Positions 62,955 to 64,000 of a DNA stretch of 64,000 nt are shown one piece after another. This DNA is from an uncultured Haloferula sp. (GTDB lineage Bacteria; Verrucomicrobiota; Verrucomicrobiia; Verrucomicrobiales; Akkermansiaceae), in contig CBFGTS010000006.1 in the NCBI GenBank assembly GCA_965652295.1, positions 208,043 to 272,042 of the forward strand. Reading direction: 5' to 3'. How positions within the stretch are numbered: the stretch's first letter is position 1; every line of letters starts with the position of its first letter. Both the position numbers and the translations under genes were made by a program. Below the pieces are notes generated by a model. The model saw only the letters and a program-made list of their open reading frames with translations, was not told the DNA's origin and made no database searches.

Positions 62955-62983
62955 CCGTGGCGGCGGATTGCATCCGCCACGCC
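62955..62983 (+). repeat. REP-like palindrome family A copy between convergent leuA and DUF4405 genes
   Basis: CCGTGGCGGCGGATTGCATCCGCCACGCC. Confidence 0.75.
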
Positions 62984-62993
62984 CCAGCCCACT

Positions 62994-63407
62994 TCAACGC
63001 CCCCGCTGGTGATTCCCCGGCCGCCCGGGACCTTCTCCCTGGCGGTCCTTGTGCACCGGCACGAAGAAGGCCGCGACGATCAGCGCGACCCCCGCGCCCG
63101 TGCCGAGCAGGATCGGCAAGAGTTTTCTCCGCCCCGCCACCTGCCAGAACCACCGCCAGTGCAGCGCCAGATGAACGACGATCAGCGCGAGAAACGCGTA
63201 CGAAACCCACGAGTGGAAATCACCCCAATCATGCCTGCCCCACCCGAAAGCCGACAACCCGCGGCCTCCCCGTGAACCGGGAGGGAGACGGAAAGCCATC
63301 AGCAGGCCCGTTCCAGCCAGGACGCAGAACGCCAGCCAGATCGCGAGGTTGCAGATCCGGGGAACCGAGGTGCGTGCCGAAGGTCGGCGCGGTGCTTTGG
63401 CCTCCAT
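62994..63407 (-). CDS. DUF4405-domain membrane protein
   Basis: GTGLLM..LPPG, GWGRHDWGDFH, HLALHWRW. Confidence 0.8.
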   Translation of the reverse strand: MEAKAPRRPSARTSVPRICNLAIWLAFCVLAGTGLLMAFRLPPGSRGGRGLSAFGWGRHDWGDFHSWVSYAFLALIVVHLALHWRWFWQVAGRRKLLPILLGTGAGVALIVAAFFVPVHKDRQGEGPGRPGNHQRGR

Positions 63408-63480
63408 GCGAGCGGAAAGCTGACGGAAAGTCCGTCGGCCGTCGCCGCAGTTCATTTCAAATTCAGCCCGTTATCTGCTA

Positions 63481-63684
63481 GTGTGCTGTTTGCGAAATAG
63501 CTGCGCGAAATCCGCGAGGATTCTTTCTCAAATTCAAGGCGCGAGGAGGGCGCGAATTAAAATTCGCGACCGGCGAGCAACGCAGAAGTTGGAAGACCGC
63601 GGCCTCCAATCACCGGAACGAAGTGACCCGACTCCAAAAAATCCAGGAATCTGATTTCGGGTAGATATTTCGCAAACAGCACAC
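63481..63684. mobile_element. MITE-like non-autonomous element with terminal inverted repeats
   Basis: 19-bp perfect IR GTGTGCTGTTTGCGAAATA (29/32 when extended); flanks CTAG and CGAG; no transposase. Confidence 0.75.
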
Positions 63685-63695
63685 GAGGTGCAGGC

Positions 63696-63983
63696 TCAGT
63701 TCGCGCCCTCGACCGCGGGCAGGTTCCGCAGGAGTTCGCCGAAGTAGTCCGGGCCGAGATCACTGAACAGCTCGTTGGCATTTCCAGAAACGGGCAGCGA
63801 ATCGCAGTCCCACGTCGAGACCGCACTTGGCTGACTGGGAGGCATCGAACTGACCTCGATCCCGGTGCCCGTCAATGCGGGGCCGGAACAGGAACTCGTG
63901 ATGAGGCCGACGAAAGAAAGCACCACGGACCGGCGCACGAAGCGACGCCGCGGGGCCTCCGGTGGGGAGGGATGGGGAATCAT
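63696..63983 (-). CDS. Hypothetical, possibly exported protein (may be truncated)
   Basis: RRRFVRR plus a hydrophobic stretch and SSC; lies at the window edge next to the MITE. Confidence 0.35.
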   Translation of the reverse strand: MIPHPSPPEAPRRRFVRRSVVLSFVGLITSSCSGPALTGTGIEVSSMPPSQPSAVSTWDCDSLPVSGNANELFSDLGPDYFGELLRNLPAVEGAN

Positions 63984-64000
63984 GGGGGGCGGGGGGGTGG

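Noticed and set aside
61259..62992. 577-aa minus-strand ORF (and similar long ORFs opposite dnaE2, fumC and the DUF6607 gene)
   Set aside because: Antisense shadows of well-supported genes.
1..64000. tRNA, rRNA, integrase, transposase, prophage or anti-phage defence genes
   Set aside because: None recognised by eye; tRNAscan, Infernal and DefenseFinder would be needed to exclude them formally.

Overview
High-GC bacterial chromosomal window, very probably Verrucomicrobiaceae (Haloferula/Luteolibacter-like). This assignment rests on four PEP-CTERM proteins, a perfect Verrucomicrobia-type LexA box and Verrucomicrobia-style surface proteins. From left to right it holds: (1) menB and a menH-like gene translationally coupled to a Cache-lipoprotein/hybrid kinase/Hpt/degenerate sigma54-type regulator phosphorelay; (2) a sugar dehydrogenase and a 2908-aa beta-propeller/Ig surface protein; (3) a haem-uptake cluster (two PEP-CTERM proteins, DUF6607-like, haem TonB receptor, DNRLRE protein); (4) a minus-strand block with an MbnP-MbnH fusion, YHYH protein, YdjY-like, DUF6288/PA14, PEP-CTERM and a second dihaem MauG/CcP enzyme; (5) an SOS imuA-imuB-dnaE2 cassette; (6) an AraC regulator, small Cys proteins and HemS-like genes; (7) a cobalamin-riboswitch B12 uptake locus; (8) an unusual operon joining YceI, a polyprenyl synthase, a MacB/LolCDE-type ABC transporter and divergent cbb3-oxidase-like subunits; (9) fumC divergent from PepSY-DUF2271-DUF4198-apbE; (10) leuA with a Leu-rich leader peptide; (11) a ~200-bp MITE. 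The best candidates for undescribed biology are the isoprenoid/haem-copper-oxidase-like operon, a shared C-terminal putative sorting domain on six secreted proteins, and three recurring DNA motifs that define candidate regulons. All family calls come from motif recognition by eye; no database searches were run.
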